DNA of 64,000 bases from Eledone cirrhosa (GCA_964016885.1 OZ024743.1:331204001-331268000); one strand, 5' to 3'. Positions 39,101 through 51,833 are shown, numbered from the stretch's first letter. The notes: generated by a model not told the origin, from the sequence alone. Numbers and translations are program-made.

Positions 39101-40531
39101 CCCTACTATTTATTATTGCCCTTCAGGCTATAACAGAGGAGTTCAAGACAGGCTGCCCATGGGAACTCCTATACGCAGACGACCTGACACTCATAGCGGA
39201 ATCAATGGCCGAGCTAGAGAAGAAATTCCAAACATGGAAGCACGGCCTAGAGTCAAAAGGACTTAAAATTAACCTGGCTAAGACCAAAGTACTAGTTTGT
39301 AGGAAAGAAAACAAGGCGGCGGTCCCTTCTGGGAAATGGTCGTGCTCGGTGTGTAGGAAAGGCGTAGGTAGAAACTCCATTTTATGTCCTAAATGCAAAG
39401 TATGGGTGCATAAAAGATGTAGTGGGATCACAGGTAAGCTAACTAAGAACATAGATTTTACATGTGGCCGGTGTTCTGGTGCAATAAGTAGCAGCAAGTG
39501 CCCACAAAATACTAGCTCTTTCAATTGCGCAGAGGGTTCTATAGAAATAGTGGACAGCTTCCGTTACCTGGGCAATAAAATCAGCAATGGGGGAGGGTGC
39601 TCTGAAAGTAGTGTAGCTAGAGTCAGAACTGGTTGGAAAAAGTTCAGAGAGCTTATACCACTATTAGCTGCTAAAGGGTTCTCCCTAAAAATGAAAGGCA
39701 GGTTGTACGATGCCTGCATACGAACAGCAATGCTGCATGGCAGTGAGACCTGGGCATTGTGTGCAGAGGATATATGCAGACTAGAGAGGAACGAAGCTTG
39801 CATGCTCCGCTGGATGTGTAACAGTAATATACGTGAACGGCAAAGCATAAACGAACTAAGGAAAAAATTAGAGATAAGAGGGATCAGATGTTGTTTACTC
39901 GAGAGAAGGCTACGTTGGTATGGACACGTGATGCGCATGAAAGTCGATAGCTGTATAACAAAGTGCAGGGCAATAAAGATAGACGGTAGTCACGGAATAG
40001 GCAGACCTAGAAAAACCTGGGACGAGCTGATAAACTCCGACATCACACACTTACACCTCTCCAAGACAATGTCACTGGACCGAGACCTTTGGCGGTACTC
40101 AGTAACAGAGAAGACCCGCCTTACCTAAATATATAGTAAAACCTACTCCAGCCAGTAGACATCTCTAACAAAATACACCCCGTCCCACCACCCCCACCCC
40201 CACCCCATCCACACCACCCCGTTCTATGTAAAGTTATGTTGGTGCCGCGCCATCGAGGCCGAAACAAATGAGATCGTGTAGGTGTCACGACAAAAAAAAC
40301 ACACAGTCCACGCTGTAATGTGGCCGTGTAGGCAACACGGTAAAAACCTCCCAGACCCACACTGTAAATGTGGTTGGTGTTAGGAAGGGCATCCAACTGT
40401 AGAAAACCTGCCAGACAGTCCTATGCGAGCAAGACAATCACTCTTGCCTCAAGTGGGACTACCCCCGTCCAAACCCATGCAAGCGTGGAACACGGACGTT
40501 AAACGTTGATGATGATGATGATGATGATGAT
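36163..40531 (+). mobile_element. Full-length RTE LINE inserted in the 43-bp satellite, with (GAT)n tail
   Basis: Satellite interrupted at GATATC(A); ORF intact; 3' UTR ends GGACGTTAAACG-TT-(GAT)n. Homology to the second long copy starts at about 36728, so the origin of 36163-36727 is uncertain. Confidence 0.9.
37027..40128 (+). CDS. Intact RTE-clade LINE ORF: APE endonuclease + reverse transcriptase + embedded PHD finger (1033 aa)
   Basis: GTINVGTL, IQETRW, GDLNGHVG, DYIL, SQHR (APE); [39 protein letters not shown] (RT); [10 protein letters not shown] and GRPRKTW C-terminus typical of RTE. Confidence 0.97.
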   Translation: MANITPSPPALHRPQPPNAIQNFRVGTINVGTLKGRANKVVEMLERKEVDVCCIQETRWRGGSARFIVGKKRCYKLFWVGNDDGLGGVGIMVAEKWADKIIDVNRVNDRIIKIRLVLNRTTVTVISAYAPQSGLPGTIKDRFYETLMLTTSKISDSDYIIIAGDLNGHVGQHCDGYDEIHGGYGFGTRNEEGSRILEFCDANNLTICNTNFKKRDNHLITYRSGEHTSQVDYILTRRRDRVSVVNTKSLPHEECTSQHRLIISDLIVRTRRTRQQKRTILRRKIWKLKDPTARNKFQSILLDAFDSKEEHLESDNIEGEWEFLKANLLLATDEVCGWSRPVGRRRVTWWWNSKVEGSIKAKKQAWKVWRDGGSREDYQLARREARRQVYLARREAEERKFKHVLQRDDQKREVFRIARQCVKENRDIVGEKCVLNDDGTLAITDADKKVAWKCHYERLLNEENKWEKDSLPHIDPIEGPAVLVEGSIISKAIKDMKTGKAAGPSEIVAEMLKASGTVGHTMVTRIVNQVVQNGVVPKDWHSSIIVNCYKGKGDALDRSNYRGIKLIDQVMKVTEKVIAQLIRERIDLDEMQFGFVSGKSTTDALFIVRQLQEKYLAKGKPLYLAFVDLEKAFDRVPRSIIWWALRKLGVDEWLVRAIHAMYKETVNKVRINNEYSEEFSVKVGVHQGSVLSPLLFIIALQAITEEFKTGCPWELLYADDLTLIAESMAELEKKFQTWKHGLESKGLKINLAKTKVLVCRKENKAAVPSGKWSCSVCRKGVGRNSILCPKCKVWVHKRCSGITGKLTKNIDFTCGRCSGAISSSKCPQNTSSFNCAEGSIEIVDSFRYLGNKISNGGGCSESSVARVRTGWKKFRELIPLLAAKGFSLKMKGRLYDACIRTAMLHGSETWALCAEDICRLERNEACMLRWMCNSNIRERQSINELRKKLEIRGIRCCLLERRLRWYGHVMRMKVDSCITKCRAIKIDGSHGIGRPRKTWDELINSDITHLHLSKTMSLDRDLWRYSVTEKTRLT

Positions 40532-41784
40532 CACTCGCTGGTGAAACATATTTCATGTGTGTTTATAAAGATATCACTCCCTGGTGAAACATATTTCATG
40601 TGTGTTTATAAAGATATCACTCACTAGTGAGACATATTTCATGCGGGTTTATAAAGATATCACTCACTGGTGAAACATATTTCATGTGTGTTTATAAAGA
40701 TATCACTCACTGGTGAGACACATTCCATGTGGGTTTATAAAGATATCACTCACTGGTGAGACACATTTCATGTGGGTTTATAAAGATATCACTCACTGGT
40801 GAAACATATTTCATGTGTGTTTATAAAGATATCACTCACTAGTGAGACATATTTCATGCGGGTTTATAAAGATATCACTCCCTGGTGAAACATATTTCAT
40901 GTGTGTTTATAAAGATATCACTCACTAGTGAGACATATTTCATGCGGGTTTATAAAGATATCACTCACTGGTGAGACACATTCCATGTGGGTTTATAAAG
41001 ATATCACTCACTGGTGAAACATATTTCATGTGTGTTTATAAAGATATCACTCACTGGTGAGACATATTTCATGTGTGTTTATAAAGATATCACTCACTGG
41101 TGAGACATATTTCATGTGGGTTTATAAAGATATCACTGACTGGTGAGACATATTTCATGTGGGTTTATAAAGACATCACTCACTGGTGAGACATATTTCA
41201 TGTGGGTTTATAAAGATATCACTCACTGGTGAGACACATTTCATGTGGGTTTATAAAGATATCACTCACTGGTGAGACACATTTCATGTGGGTTTATAAA
41301 GATATCACTCACTGGTGAGACATATTTCATGTGGGTTTATAAAGATATCACTCACTGGTGAGACACATTTCATGTGGGTTTATAAAGATATCACTCGCTG
41401 GTGAGACATATTTCATGTGGGTTTATAAAGATATCACTCACTGGTGAGACATATTTCATGCGGGTTTATAAAGATATCAATCACTGGTGAAACATATTTC
41501 ATGTGTGTTTATAAAGATATCACTCACTGGTGAGACACATTTCATGTGGGTTTATAAAGATATCACTCACTGGTGAGACACATTTCATGTGTGTTTATAA
41601 AGATATCACTCACTGGGGAGACACATTTCATGTGGGTTTATAAAGATATCACTCACTGGTGAGACACATTTCATGTGTGTTTATAAAGATATCACTCACT
41701 GGGAGACACATTTCATGTGGGTTTATAAAGATATCACTCGCTGGTGAAACATATTTCATGTGTGTTTATAAAGATATCACTCAC

Positions 41785-41851
41785 CTGGAGATGTATTTCT
41801 GCCACTTTTATGTTTAGCTCCTTTCCATACTTCTTCATAGAGAGGCTCTGA
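41785..41851 (-). CDS. PLEKHH1/2: PLEKHH-like exon SEPLYEEVWKGAKHKSGRNTSP(G)
   Basis: TATTACAG acceptor, CAG|GTGAGT donor, 67 nt, phase 0-1, compatible with both neighbours. Confidence 0.7.
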
Positions 41852-44009
41852 CTGTAATAGAAACATATATATTCTCAGAAAATGGAGAAACACTGAAAAT
41901 AACTGTAAGCACAGTTGACTGCTATATATGATAGCTTAGAAAATCAAACAAAATACCCTTAGCATTGAAACCGGCCATATCCGGCCAGAATTTTCTCACC
42001 TCTTCCTGTTCAAACCAGCTGTAACTGGCCACTCATACTGATGTTAAGGTGTTGTTTCAAAATAAATGATATCAAAATCTCATAGATTCAATATTATGTG
42101 AGATTAATATGTGAAGTAAAGCCTTTACTGTGAAAATACAATAGTATATATAGAATAATGTAAATGCTAAAGGGTTAAAGAGGGAGGGACAAAGGGGAAA
42201 TTGCCACAGGCCTACTGCAGTGGGAGGTCCCACCAGCGATGGCCATAGCAATTTATTTGTGTCCTCAGCTGGGCTTCTTTAGTTTTAGGATGGTTACAAT
42301 TTTTGAATTTAATACTTGTATGTATAACTTTTTAATTACAATTACTTGCGCCAAACTAACTTTGATATGTAAAATTGGTGGTGGAGGGTTGCCGTGTATT
42401 CTAATTGTTTGTGTATGAAGGGCTCCTCAATGTCTAAATCCAACCCTTTCATAAACAGAAATAAGTAGCCATCAGCTGCTACTAAGTAGTTATTGGCCAC
42501 TTTTTTCAGTATATGGCAGTGAAATGTGTTTAGATATTTTCTGCATTTGAAATTTATACATTTTCTAAGAATTTCAATCTATCCAATGCTGCAATAGTTT
42601 ATCCTCAAAATATTATACACACACAGAGACACACACACACACACAGACACACTCAGACACACACACTCACATACACACACAGACACACACAGACAGACAC
42701 ACACCCACAGTCACACACACATACACACACACACACACACTTACTGGGTTCATTTTTTGCAGGTTTTCTACAGCTGGGAATGGCACCCAGCTGTAGAAAA
42801 CCAGTATGGACTGTACTGGGTTCATTCTTTCATGGCACCAGTACTAGTAATGTTGCCATGTCTAAAGTTAAGAGTCCTTCAAAGCTCTTTGCCTGGAAGC
42901 ACCCCATAACACAAAACACCTGACAGAAGCTACTGGATACTTACATGAGGTGTTCTTTATTTATAGAAATGTGAGAGATGGGGGGAGTGTGTGTTAGAGA
43001 GACTGAGGAGGAGAGTGTGTGTGAGAGAGAGAGAGTTAAGTAGTTCTAAACAATGAGACATAGAAGTGTCTTGTGAATAGTTTAAATAAATATGTCTAAT
43101 TTAATGAACATAAAAGACAAAAGGTAATAAAATATAGAAATGAGATCAAAGTGACATATTATCTGTCAAATATATTTATTACAGAAATGGACATAGTATT
43201 GCAAAGATATTCTAACTGTTGTTGTTGTAGATGTGGTTGTTTATGTTGTTGTAGATGTTGTTGTTGTTATTGTTGTAGATCTGGTTCTTGTAGTTGCTGT
43301 TGTTATAACTGGCTGTTGTGTCATTAATTGTCTCTGGTTGATGAGATAAACTGTTTACTGTCAATTGTATAAACACTACCACCACTATCGCTACTACTGC
43401 CTCCACCACTAGCAGCCCCCCCCCCCACCTGCAGTCACTATCACCGCCACCACCATACCACCACTACCACTATCACCCCCACTGCCATCACCACCACCAC
43501 CACCACCACCACTGTCATCATCAATTGTTTTCCATCTGTCTTTTAATACTGAGTTTGATTGTTACTTAATGTAATCACTCTCTCTCACCTCACTCTCATC
43601 TTTCAACCATTTCTTTACTCAATTATATTTTATAAATGTGTTGATCTGACAACTACTAATTCAAATGAAACTAGATACATACGTGGAGAGAGAGAGAGAG
43701 GTGGCGAATATATTCTTGTCATCTAAATTTAACATCACTGCAATCTTCAGGTGAGAATATACTATCCTGAACATCATGTGAATCTTGCCAGTATTTGTGA
43801 TCTTTAAGTTCCTGGGTCAAGGCAGAAGTTGTGACCTTTAGCAGGGCCACCAAGACTAACAGAAGAGCATGAGGAATGGTATCCCCAGACCACTAGCCCT
43901 CCTTGGGTGTTTTTAACAACACAAAAATCTGCTCAATACTAGAATGTTGTAGCTTGAAACATTGTGTACAGTATCTAGTGTACTATATACACTATATACT
44001 GTACAGTAT

Positions 44010-45290
44010 AATCAGGACGAGACATACTCGACAACAGAGGAGGACTACCCTGAGAAGAAGAATATGGAAGTTAAAGGACCCCACAGCCAGTAAAAAATTT
44101 AAAAGCATATTACTTGATGCTTTTGACAGTAAGGAAGAGCAATTAGAGATGTACAATATAGCGGAATTCCTGAAAGTTAACCTGCTGAAGGTGACAGATG
44201 AAATCTGTGGCTAGAGCAGACCTATAGGCAGGAGGAGAGTAACTTGGTGGTGGAACTGTAAGGTGGAGGAGTCAATTAAGGCCAAAAAGCAGGCTTGGAA
44301 AGTATGGCGGGATGGGGGAAGTAGAGAAGACTATCAAGTGGCCAGGAGAAAATCTAGGAGACAAGTGTACTTTGCAAGAAGGGAAGCAGAGGAAAGAGAG
44401 TTCAAGCATGTTCTACAACGCGAGGACCAAAAACATGAGGTGTTCAGGATTGCTAGACAATGTGTCAAGGAAAACAGTGATATTGTCGGGGAGAAGTGTG
44501 TCAGTAATGATGATGGTGTACTTGCCATCACTGATGCTGATAAGAAGGTAGCTTGGAAGTGTCACTACAAGAGACTATTAAATGAGGAGAATAAATGGGA
44601 AAATGATAGTCCGTTGGATGTGTAATAGTAATATACGTGAACGGCAAAGCATAAATGAACTAAGTGAGAAATTAGGAATAAAAGGGATCAGATGCTGTTT
44701 ACTCGAGAGAAGACTACGTTGGTATGGTCACGTGATGCGCATGAAAGACAACAGCTGTATAAAAAAGTGCAGGGCAATCAAAATTGATGGAAGCTACAGA
44801 GTAGGCAGACCCAGAAAAACCTGGGACGATTTGATAAATTCCGACCTTACACACTTACACCTCTCCAAGACAATGTCACTGTACCGAAATCTTTGGCGCT
44901 ACACAGTAATACAGAAGACCCACCTTGCCTATGTACAAAGCGAAACCTACAGTCAGTAGGCACCTCTTAACCAAAAATACACCCCATCCCACTACCCCTA
45001 CCCCCATCAACACCACCCCTCTCTCTGTAAAGTTATGTTGGTACCACAACATCCAGTCCTAAATAAATGAGTCCACACTGTAATGTGGCCATGTAGGTAA
45101 CACGGTAAAAACCTCCCAGTCCACACTGTAAAGGTGTTAGGAAGGGCATCCAGCCGTAGAAAACCTGCCAGATAGTCCTATATGAGCGAGACATGGTCAC
45201 CTGACCAATCTTGCCTCAAGTAGGACAATTCCCATCTAAACCCATGCTAGCGTGGAAGATAGACGTTAAACGATGATGATGATTATGATG
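44010..45290 (+). mobile_element. RTE copy, 5'-truncated, with ~1.4-kb internal deletion removing the RT and PHD
   Basis: ORFs 44263-44625 and 44582-44959 join ...WENDS directly to RWMCNSN; junction near 44610. Confidence 0.88.
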
Positions 45291-45719
45291 AAGGCTAAGA
45301 CAATGAAAAATGGAGGATAAAATTTAGTTTAAATGAAGGCAACAAAAAAGTTTGTTACCTCGTATTTATTACTATTATCTTTTATTTTTTTTTTCATTCT
45401 AATATTTTGGGACTTATAATTTCCTTCGTCAGTGTATGGGGAACTCTCAGAGCAAAATGTTCTAGTTTAGTTGCTTTGAAATTCGATTTAAATACTGTTT
45501 TGGGCCAAGCAGTGGTTTTAAAAAGAGACAATGGATGAAGTGAGCCAGCCCAGAACCTTCCCAATTCAAGTGACAGACTTCCACACAGTGTCTGTCAACT
45601 TGATTTCTATCTCAAGCTGAACTTTACCCTTATAGAGAAATTATATTCTAACTCTTTCATTATTATATTTCTAATGAATAACACTGCCTATAATTTTCAA
45701 ATAATTTTTCTTTTAATTG

Positions 45720-45957
45720 ATCAAGACAAGATTCTGAACCTCATTTGCTTACCGAATGGGGGTGGAAGTCATCCAATCGGACCCAGGAATCAATGTTTCT
45801 ACTGGTTTTTCCATTGCTGATACTATCTGTTGGTCGCAACTCCTGGCAGAAGGAGCAACATAAAATAAAGTGTCTTTCTCAAGGACATAATGCATCGTCC
45901 AGACCAGGATTCAAACTCACAACCTCACAATTGCGAATCCGATTCTCTAACCACTAG
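45720..45957 (-). mobile_element. Different tRNA-derived (CORE/MIR-like) SINE
   Basis: AAGTGTCTTTCTCAAGGACA...GGATTCAAACTCACAACC...CTAACCACTAG on the + strand, i.e. a tRNA head on the minus strand. Confidence 0.55.
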
Positions 45958-46309
45958 AATTTGTAAAGCTTTAGTAATCTAACTTTCTAATGATTAAACT
46001 GGTGTTTGGAGCATAACTTAAAGATTCATCATCATAACCAATTAATATCTATTTTCCATGCTTAAATGGGTTAGACAGATTTCGTGTGCAGAGGCCAGTA
46101 AGTCCTGCTTATCAGCTTTGTTTTGGCTTAATTTCTATGGTTGGAAGCTCTTCCTAACATCAACAGTTTTTAAGGGTGTACTAGAAGCATGGTTTCAACA
46201 GCTGTGTGTCCTTCTAATATCACCCTCTTTACAGCATAGTTGGCGTTAAGAAGAACATCCAGTACTAGAAACCATGCTTCTAGTACATGCTGTAAGCTAT
46301 GATGAGATA

Positions 46310-46871
46310 AACTGAAAGGAAAGGCAAAGTTAACCTCAACGGGATTTTAACTCAGAATGCAAAGAGAGGTAAATCTATGCCACGAAGCATGGTGTCTGAC
46401 ACTCTACCGATATTGCTAATCCATCGCCCTAAAAGGTTGAATAATAAATAATGGTTTCTGATTTAGGCACAAAACCAACAATTTTGGGGCGAGGAAAGCT
46501 GATTACATCGACCCCAGTGTATTACTGGTACTTTATTTTATTGACCTCGTAAGGGTGAAAGGCTACGTTAACTTTGGTGAGATTTGAAATCAGAACATAA
46601 AGAGATGCAATTATATACTGTAAAACATGTTGTCTGACACTCTACCAATACTGTCAATCCCCACCCTTTTGTGGTTAAATAATTGTTCCTACTTTTGGCA
46701 CAAGGCCAGCAATTATCCCACTGTATTACTGGTACTTTATTTTATCGACCCCGTAAGGATGAAAGGCAAAGTTAACCTCAGCAGGATTTGAACTCAGATC
46801 ATAAAGGGCTGTAACTCTTTTCTGCAAAGCATGGCGTCTGCCCCTCTACCGATACTGCCAATCCACCACCC
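46310..46871 (-). mobile_element. Three tandem SINE copies directly downstream of exon 46904-47323
   Basis: Same core motif three times. Confidence 0.85.
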
Positions 46872-46903
46872 GTTATGGTTAAATAATAATGATAAAACCT
46901 TAC

Positions 46904-47323
46904 CTCATTTGAGTTGGGTGGGTCGGCTAATGGGAGCCCTGGAGGAGGGTCTCGATCAAAGGGTGACGTTGGCCACTCATCATAAAGAGCGTTCTTCTGG
47001 ATGTCTGACGTTGAAATCCTAATTTCTCGTTTTGGCACTTGAGAATAAATCTCTTCATTGAATTTCAGTGATGCTGGCTGGCACTTTGTTCTGGGCAGTG
47101 TGGCCAAAGCTGAGACGTATTGTAAATTTTGGGGTGGAACAAAAGCACCATTTGGAGAACTTGGCGGTGCAAAAGGAACAAAAGACACTGTCTGAACAGG
47201 AGGGAGAGACTTGGGGGTTAGGGGTGTAACTGCGTACGATGATTTCGATGAGTTGCTGTCATCATCCTCTCCTTTATCTTCCTCTTCATTTTTTGCACAT
47301 GTACCATCACCATGTTCAAGAAT
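46904..47323 (-). CDS. PLEKHH1/2: PLEKHH-like gene, exon (most upstream found in window; acidic/Pro-rich, ILEHGDG...PPNSNE)
   Basis: 420-nt open exon, TTTCTTTAG acceptor, GAG|GTAAGG donor, phase 0-0; joins in frame to the exon at 41785-41851. The sequence itself is low-complexity, so assignment rests on phase continuity. Confidence 0.7.
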
Positions 47324-48003
47324 CTAAAGAAAATAATAATAAAAATATTAATAACAATAAATTGAAGTGGTATAGTCAATGTAAAGCATTGTTAGACATG
47401 TCATAAATAGCTTGATAAATTTGAATATGTCGTTGTCGTTGTAGTCATTTTTATGTCCGTTTTTTCATGTTTGTATGGATTGGATGAGTCCTTCTCAACA
47501 CAGCATCTCTCCACTCACTATGTTCCTCCTCTGTGAGTCTCAGTGATTTGAGGTCAGCTCTCACAACCTCTACTGCAGCTTCCTTCCACTGGCTTTTCCT
47601 GGCACTCCTTCACCCATCATAATCGATCATCATTCATGTGCATTACATGTCCTTACCAACACAGTTTTCTCTCCTGCACACCTCCTCAGATTCCTCTTAA
47701 ACTCAGCTTCTCCCACAGCTCAGCCAAGCTCTGCTTTTCTCTCACAGTTACATTACACATCCAACAAACCATGATTACTTCATTTCTTTCCAGTCCACAC
47801 ATGTCTTCTGCAGTTACTGCCACTGTGGTCCTCATTCTTTTCCTATTAACCACTCTACGGCCCTCAGTACCAAGTACTTCTTTGTTATATATATAAAATT
47901 AAAATGTTGAATTAAAAACTCACATTGTTCCCTTATAATCGAATTAGCTCAAGGAAAAACTCCTGAACTATTTATAACACAGTAAAGGAAGAAGAGAGAT
48001 AGA

Positions 48004-48069
<66 letters not shown>

Positions 48070-48137
48070 GAGAAAGAGTGTGTGTGTGTGTGTGTGGATT
48101 TCTCTCTTTACTGCGTTATATATATATATATATATAT

Positions 48138-50791
48138 ACTACAACGCGAGGACCAAAAACGTGAGGTGTTCAGGATTGCTAGGCAATGTGTCAAGGAAAA
48201 CCGTGATATTGTCGGGGAGAAGTGTGTCCTTAATGATGATGGTGTACTTGCCATCACCGACGCTGATAAGAAGGTAGCTTGGAATTGTCACAACGAAAGG
48301 CTACTAAATGAGGAGAATAAATGGGAGAAAGACAGTCTCCCCCACATCGATCCAATAGAGGGACCAGCAGTGCAAGTTGAAGGTAGTATAATAAGTAAGG
48401 CAATCAAAGATATGAAGACGGGTGAGGCAGCTGGGCTTTCGGAAATAGTTGCTGAAATGCTGAAAGCATCTGGAACGGTGGGACACACTATGGTCACCCG
48501 TATAGTAAATCAAGTCATACAGAATGGGGTTGTTCCGAAGGACTGGCGTAGCAGCATCATCATTAACTGCTACAAGGGTAAAGGAGACGCCCTAGATAGG
48601 AGTAACTATAGAGGCATTAAATTAATCGACCAGGTCATGAAGGTCACAGAAAAAGTAATAGCGCAACTAATCAGAGAGCGAATTGATCTAGATGAAATGC
48701 AGTTTGGGTTTGTGTCAGGTAAAAGTACCATAGATGCTCTTTTCATTGTACGACAACTACAGGAGAAGTACCTAGCTAAAAGTAAACCCCTATACTTAGC
48801 TTTTGTTGACTTGAAGAAAGCCTTTGACAGAGTACCCCGCTCCATTATCTGGTGGGCTCTTAGAAAACTAGGTGTTGATGAATGGCTTGTGAGAGCTATA
48901 CAAGCCATGTATAAAGAAACAGTCAGCAAGGTTAGAATTAACAACGAATATAGTGAAGAGTTTAGCGTAAAAGTTGGTGTTCATTAGGGCTCCGTTCTTA
49001 GCCCCCTACTATTTATTATTGCCCTTCAGGCTATAACAGAGGAGTTCAAAACCGGCTGCCCATGGGAACTCCTATACGCAGATGATCTAACGCTCATAGC
49101 TGAATCAATGGCTGAACTAGAGAAGAAATTCCAAACATGGAAGCATGGCCTAGAATCAAAAGGCCTTAAAATTAACCTGTCTAAGACTAAAGTTCTAGTT
49201 TGTAGGAAGGAAAATAGGGCACCGGTCCCATCTGGGAAATGGCCATGCCCAGTGTGTAGGAAAGGAATAGGCAGAAACGCCATTTTATGTCCCAAATGCA
49301 AAGTATGGGTGCATAAAAGATGTAGTGGGATCACAGGTAAACTAACTAAGAATATAGATTTTATATGTGGCCGGTGCTCTGGTGCAATAAGTAGCAGCAA
49401 GTGCCTACAGAATACTAACTCATTCCATTTCCCAGATGGTTCTATAGAAATAGTGGACACCTTCCGTTACTTGGGTGACAAAATCAGCAATGGTGGAGGG
49501 TGCTCTGAAAGTACAGTAGCTAGAGTCAGAACGGGATGGAAAAAGTTCAGAGAGCTTATACCACTATTGGCCACTAAAGGGTTGTAGCAAGAGTTGCCTC
49601 CCTTGTTGTGATGATTACATCACCAATAGATTAACGCTCTCTAGACAGGAAGTAGCTGGAGTTACTTCCCGTTGGGGTGGCAGAACCCTTTTTGTCAATT
49701 CCATCTTGAGACCCTATAAAAGGGATCCTCAGAGCGATCTTTCTCTCATTTGCCCTTTCTCGCATTCGCCGAGTCTCTACTCTCTGGCAACCCTAACATG
49801 GTCTCCTGCGAGCTAACTTCAAAACGGTAACAAATAACTTTACTTCATATTTCATCTACTCTTGACATGTCAACAATTCTATACTACATAACTTCAACTT
49901 GTTAATTAAACTTTATATACACAACTGAGTCTCCTGTTATATTCATACACACCAGTATTTTGTTATAGGTTCTCTCTAAAAATGAAAGGCAGGCTGTGTG
50001 ATGCCTGCATACGAACAGCAATGTTACATGGCAGTGAGACCTGGGCATTGTGTGCAGAGGATATACGCAGACTGGAGCGGAATGAAGCTTGCATGCTCCG
50101 TTGGATGTGTAATAGTAATATACGTGAACGGCAAAGCATAGACGAACTAAGGGAGAAATTAGGAATAAGAGGGATCAGATGTTGTTTACTCGAGGAAAGA
50201 CTACATTAGTATGGTCACGTGATGCGCTTGAAAGACGACAGCTGTATTAAAAAGTGCAGGGCGATAAAAATAGACGGTAGCCACGGAGTAGGCAGACCGA
50301 GAAAAACTTGAGAGGACTTTATAAATTCCGACCTCACACACTTACACCTCTCCAAGACAATGTCACTGGACCGAGATCTTTGGCGCTACACAGTAATACA
50401 GAAGACCCGCCTTGCCTAAGTACAAAGCGAAACCTACAGTCAGTAGGCACCTCTAACAAAAACACACCCCCATCCCACTACCCCACCCCTTTCAATGTAA
50501 AGTTATGTTGGTACCACAACATCCAGACTGAAACAAATGAGATCGTGTAGGTGTCACGACAAAAAAACACACAATCCCCGCTGTAATGTGACTGTGTAGG
50601 TAACACGGTAAAAACCTCCCAGTCCACACTGTAAACGTGGTTAGTGTTAGGAAGGGCATCCAGCCGTAGAAAACCTGCCAGACAGTCCTATACGAGCAAG
50701 ACAACCAATCTTGCCTCAAGTGGGAAAATTCCCATCCAAACCCATGCAAGTGTGGAAGATGGACGTTAAACGATGATGATGATGATGATGA

Positions 50792-50793
<2 letters not shown>
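48138..50793 (+). mobile_element. 5'-truncated RTE copy carrying a solo LTR insertion
   Basis: ORF pieces 48082-48987, 49108-49587, 49982-50209; flanked by (TA)n on both sides. Confidence 0.93.
49583..49967 (+). mobile_element. Solo LTR (385 bp) of an LTR retrotransposon
   Basis: Termini TGTAGCAA...TTGTTATA (decayed TG...CA inverted repeat); CCAAT, TATAAAA at 49715, ATTAAA near 49905; short GGT duplication; interrupts the RTE codons K-G-F. Confidence 0.75.
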
Positions 50794-50830
<37 letters not shown>

Positions 50831-50870
50831 CATACATACATACATACATACATACATACATACATACATA

Positions 50871-51480
50871 CATGGTGGCTGCCAACTCGTTTTCGAGTAC
50901 AGCCACTACTTTATATCCATGTAGGACCCCTACCGATGCGCTGAACGAGTGTGACTTTTTAGTCCAGCCAGCGACTTGAAAACTCTGGTACAAACACTAC
51001 ACTTGTGACAATTATTGACACATAGTGCTGGGCCCATGGTACCATGTGACAAGAAGTGCAGAGAGATCTCGAGATATAAAGCAATGCCTGTGCCGTGAAG
51101 CTTTTATAGTGAGCAAAGGCACTGCACAAAGCTAGTACCTCTCTCTTAACCAAGATGATATTTACCAAAAAGAAGAACAAGTCAACATCATTGGATACCA
51201 TCAGGGTTGCAGGTGTTATATCAGAGTTTTCCTTCTCCTAGAATTCTGCCTTGACAAAGGCTAAGGGGTCATCTCTCCTGGTGATTTTGGATGGCAATTG
51301 ATTCTTAAGAGCTCCTTTGCCTTTTGACAGGTTTTGTTTTTAGTCCTGCAGGATGTCCAAAGTCACCCTCCTCACCAAGAAACCTTGGTGGGGTTGCCAG
51401 TTTAGTCGCCAATGACCCGACCATGAGACAGGTTGTACTGGGATACATGTTACCAGTAGCACCAACTGGTGACCTGACAT
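50871..51480. mobile_element. Probable 5' region of another RTE-like LINE, inserted in microsatellite
   Basis: Motifs GTTTTCCTTCTCCTAG..CAAAGGCTAAG and GGCGACTAAACTGGCAACCCC recalled from RTE 5' UTRs; no ORF support. Confidence 0.4.
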
Positions 51481-51620
51481 GAGTATGTACATATATATAC
51501 ATATATACATATACATACATACATATATATATATATATACACACACATATACATATACATATATATATGCACATATAGATATATATATATACATATATTT
51601 ATATACATACATATATATAC

Positions 51621-51651
<31 letters not shown>

Positions 51652-51833
51652 CATATACATACACATACATACATACATATACATACACATACATACATAC
51701 ACACATATATATATATACATATATATACATATATACATATATATACACATACACATATACATATACATATATATACATACATACATATATACATACATAT
51801 ATATATACATACATATACACATATACACACATA

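Larger units (their letters stand above)
34615..41784. repeat. 43-bp satellite CATGTGGGTTTATAAAGATATCACTCACTGGTGAGACACATTT (34615-36162, about 36 units; 40532-41784, about 29 units), split by the RTE
   Basis: Period 43; the last unit overlaps the donor of exon 41785-41851. Confidence 0.97.

Noticed and set aside
34615-41784. CRISPR-like regular array next to an RT gene
   Set aside because: Units are head-to-tail with no unique spacers; eukaryotic context; no cas genes
43212-43409. Asn-rich minus-strand ORF as a possible alternative terminal exon
   Set aside because: The candidate acceptor phase does not match the phase-0 upstream exon; (AAC)n low complexity
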